A stretch of DNA of 64,000 nt, taken from assembly GCF_009914755.1 (NCBI RefSeq), contig NC_060947.1; one strand, given 5' to 3'. The position numbers and the translations under genes are program-made. Origin of the DNA: the human T2T-CHM13v2.0 reference genome, Homo sapiens. Below the pieces are notes generated by a model, which made no database searches, had not been told where the DNA came from, and saw only the letters and a program-made list of their open reading frames with translations. Positions 62,198-64,000 of this stretch are shown here, piece by piece; within the stretch, counting starts at the first letter, position 1, and the number at the start of each line of letters is the position of its first letter.

Positions 62198-62499
62198 AGA
62201 TTTTATGCTTCTTAAAAAATGTATTGAGGTCTTTAATTTCTCTCAACAATGTTTTGTAGTTTTCAGTATAAAATTAGATTGTGGTGAAGAATGTACAACT
62301 CTGTGACTATACTATAAAACATTGACTTGTCCACTTACAATAGGTGACTTGTATGATATGTGAATTATATGTCAATAAAGATGTCAAAAAATAAAAAAGG
62401 CCTTCATACCTCCTCCTGCTTGCCTTGTCTCTCACCTCTGTTCTACCTATATTGTGGCCTTCAGCCATATCTCAGTAAATTCCATTCCCCAATTAGCAT

Positions 62500-62755
62500 C
62501 CATACTTTTCTGCCTCTGTGCATTTGTTTGACCTCAACTAATTCCCTCTTATTTCTTCCTGTGGAAATCTCATCCATCCTCCAAGACTCATTTCCATTCC
62601 TTTGTCACTGACCAGATATTCTAACTTGTATTGTAGTTATTGGTTGTTGTCTTATGCCCATAATTAAGCTGGAATCCCTTGAGGTCACAGTTCATGTCTG
62701 TTTTGCTACATTCCTGCAGAACCTAGTTCAGCAATAATTAGGAACTGAAATGAAT
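62500..62755 (+). mobile_element. L2 3'-end fragment
   Basis: ctcatccatcctccaagactca...cccttgaggtcacagttcatgtctgttttg...cagaacctag. Confidence 0.6.
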
Positions 62756-62951
62756 TCACCTTGAACTAAGAGTGCTCCACAATAAGATTTTCCTTTAGCT
62801 CTTTTAAAACTTTGAAATACTATGATTTTTAGTTATTTAGCCTCAACAGTTTTTATAGCCATCTCTGAATTCCTGCTGAGTTTTTAGCCCTTTGTTAGCC
62901 ATATGGTCATGGAATGCTGAGACTTCTTATCCTTCACTACTCTTTAATTCG

Positions 62952-63065
62952 ATATATGTATGACATGAAATATATGTATACATGCACATATGGTACATAT
63001 ATACATAAATATATAAAGATAAATATAAACACATACATATTGAGAGAGAGAGAATATATTATATG
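62952..63065. repeat. TA-rich low-complexity repeat
   Basis: Direct reading. Confidence 0.8.
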
Positions 63066-64000
63066 CCAGATACTGGGAAGATATCAAGACATAAAAGTCA
63101 TAAAGAGTTAAGAGTTCATAGTCTTTGCAGGTGGAAATGAAGGTGGGCATATACAGACATAATAAAACTTCTAGATTTAGAAGTGCACAGAGGAAATAGC
63201 ACTATCTTGCAGTGAGGGACTACTGAGTGCCAGTGCTGTTCTCCTCAACCTACCTCAACTCTGCAAAGTATCTAAGTCTTTTTAACTGCCCGAGTGTCAT
63301 TTGAGGCCATGTCTAATTTACAGATTGGCTTGCTTAATTTTCAACCATATTGCTTTTCAAGTGTCTTATTTTTTTTTCTTATTATGTATTAACTTGTCCT
63401 TAAACAGATTTTGTTTATTGACCTATTTTAGAATTTTTGTTGTCCCTTTTCTAAAATTTGAAAACTAATATGTTGAAGCCTGTAATTTCTCAATGTAAAA
63501 GATATCTAGCCATTTAATCAAGTTTTACCACATTTCATCAATAACTCAAAGAAATAGACAATATCCATTTTATTATCACTGGCTTCATCTAATCAGGCTT
63601 AAGAATGCTTTCACCAATGGGTGAATATGGGCCACAGATGCTCTTAGGAGTAAAGTGAACCAAAACACTGATTTCCTAATTCAAGAGTTATCCAACACTT
63701 TTAATAGTCACATTTAATTACTTTCTTAAAGCTACAATAAATAAAAATTTTAAAAAATAATAAAATAGTTTGAAGTAACCACAGCTTTCCTTATATTCCT
63801 GCAATTCTTCTTCTTCTTCTTTTTTTTTTTTTTTTTTTTTTTTTGGTTTACTTGGTGTCAACATAAGTGTCTGGGAAAAGAACTCAAGTGAAGAACCTCA
63901 GTCAAAAGACATACATCCCATCCTTGTGCCAGGTGGAAAGCCAACCTCTGAAATGCCAAAGGGATCGGTCTTCTGATTAATGGAGGGTTTGATAGAATGT

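Overview
Primate (very likely human, Xq24) genomic DNA. Positions 1-~34.6 kb hold the 3' part of LONRF3 (RING finger + Lon substrate-binding domain protein) on the + strand. Eight GT-AG coding exons (1147-1411, 2209-2299, 17834-17948, 20845-20966, 23534-23692, 24758-24920, 25926-26075, 29258-29413) splice in frame into 406 aa ending ...FISRNQN*. The upstream exons lie outside the window. A 3'UTR follows with proximal (~29.7 kb) and distal (~34.6 kb) ATTAAA signals. The rest is intergenic and repeat-rich: a decayed near-full-length L1PB-type LINE in the large intron, about 25 Alus, MIR/L2/old L1 fragments, hAT DNA-transposon relics, and several solo LTRs (two divergent LTR12, LTR14A-like, MaLR, MLT2). 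I found no new gene or multi-gene system. The most notable oddities are a double-inversion/fold-back rearrangement inside the L1, a strong poison 3' splice site in LONRF3, an inverted Alu pair confined to the long 3'UTR, a back-to-back LTR12 promoter pair, a ~110-130 bp duplication flanking an old L1 fragment, a three-piece internally deleted L1, and a few dense transcription-factor motif clusters. Repeat subfamily names come from recalled consensus sequences, not from a RepeatMasker run.
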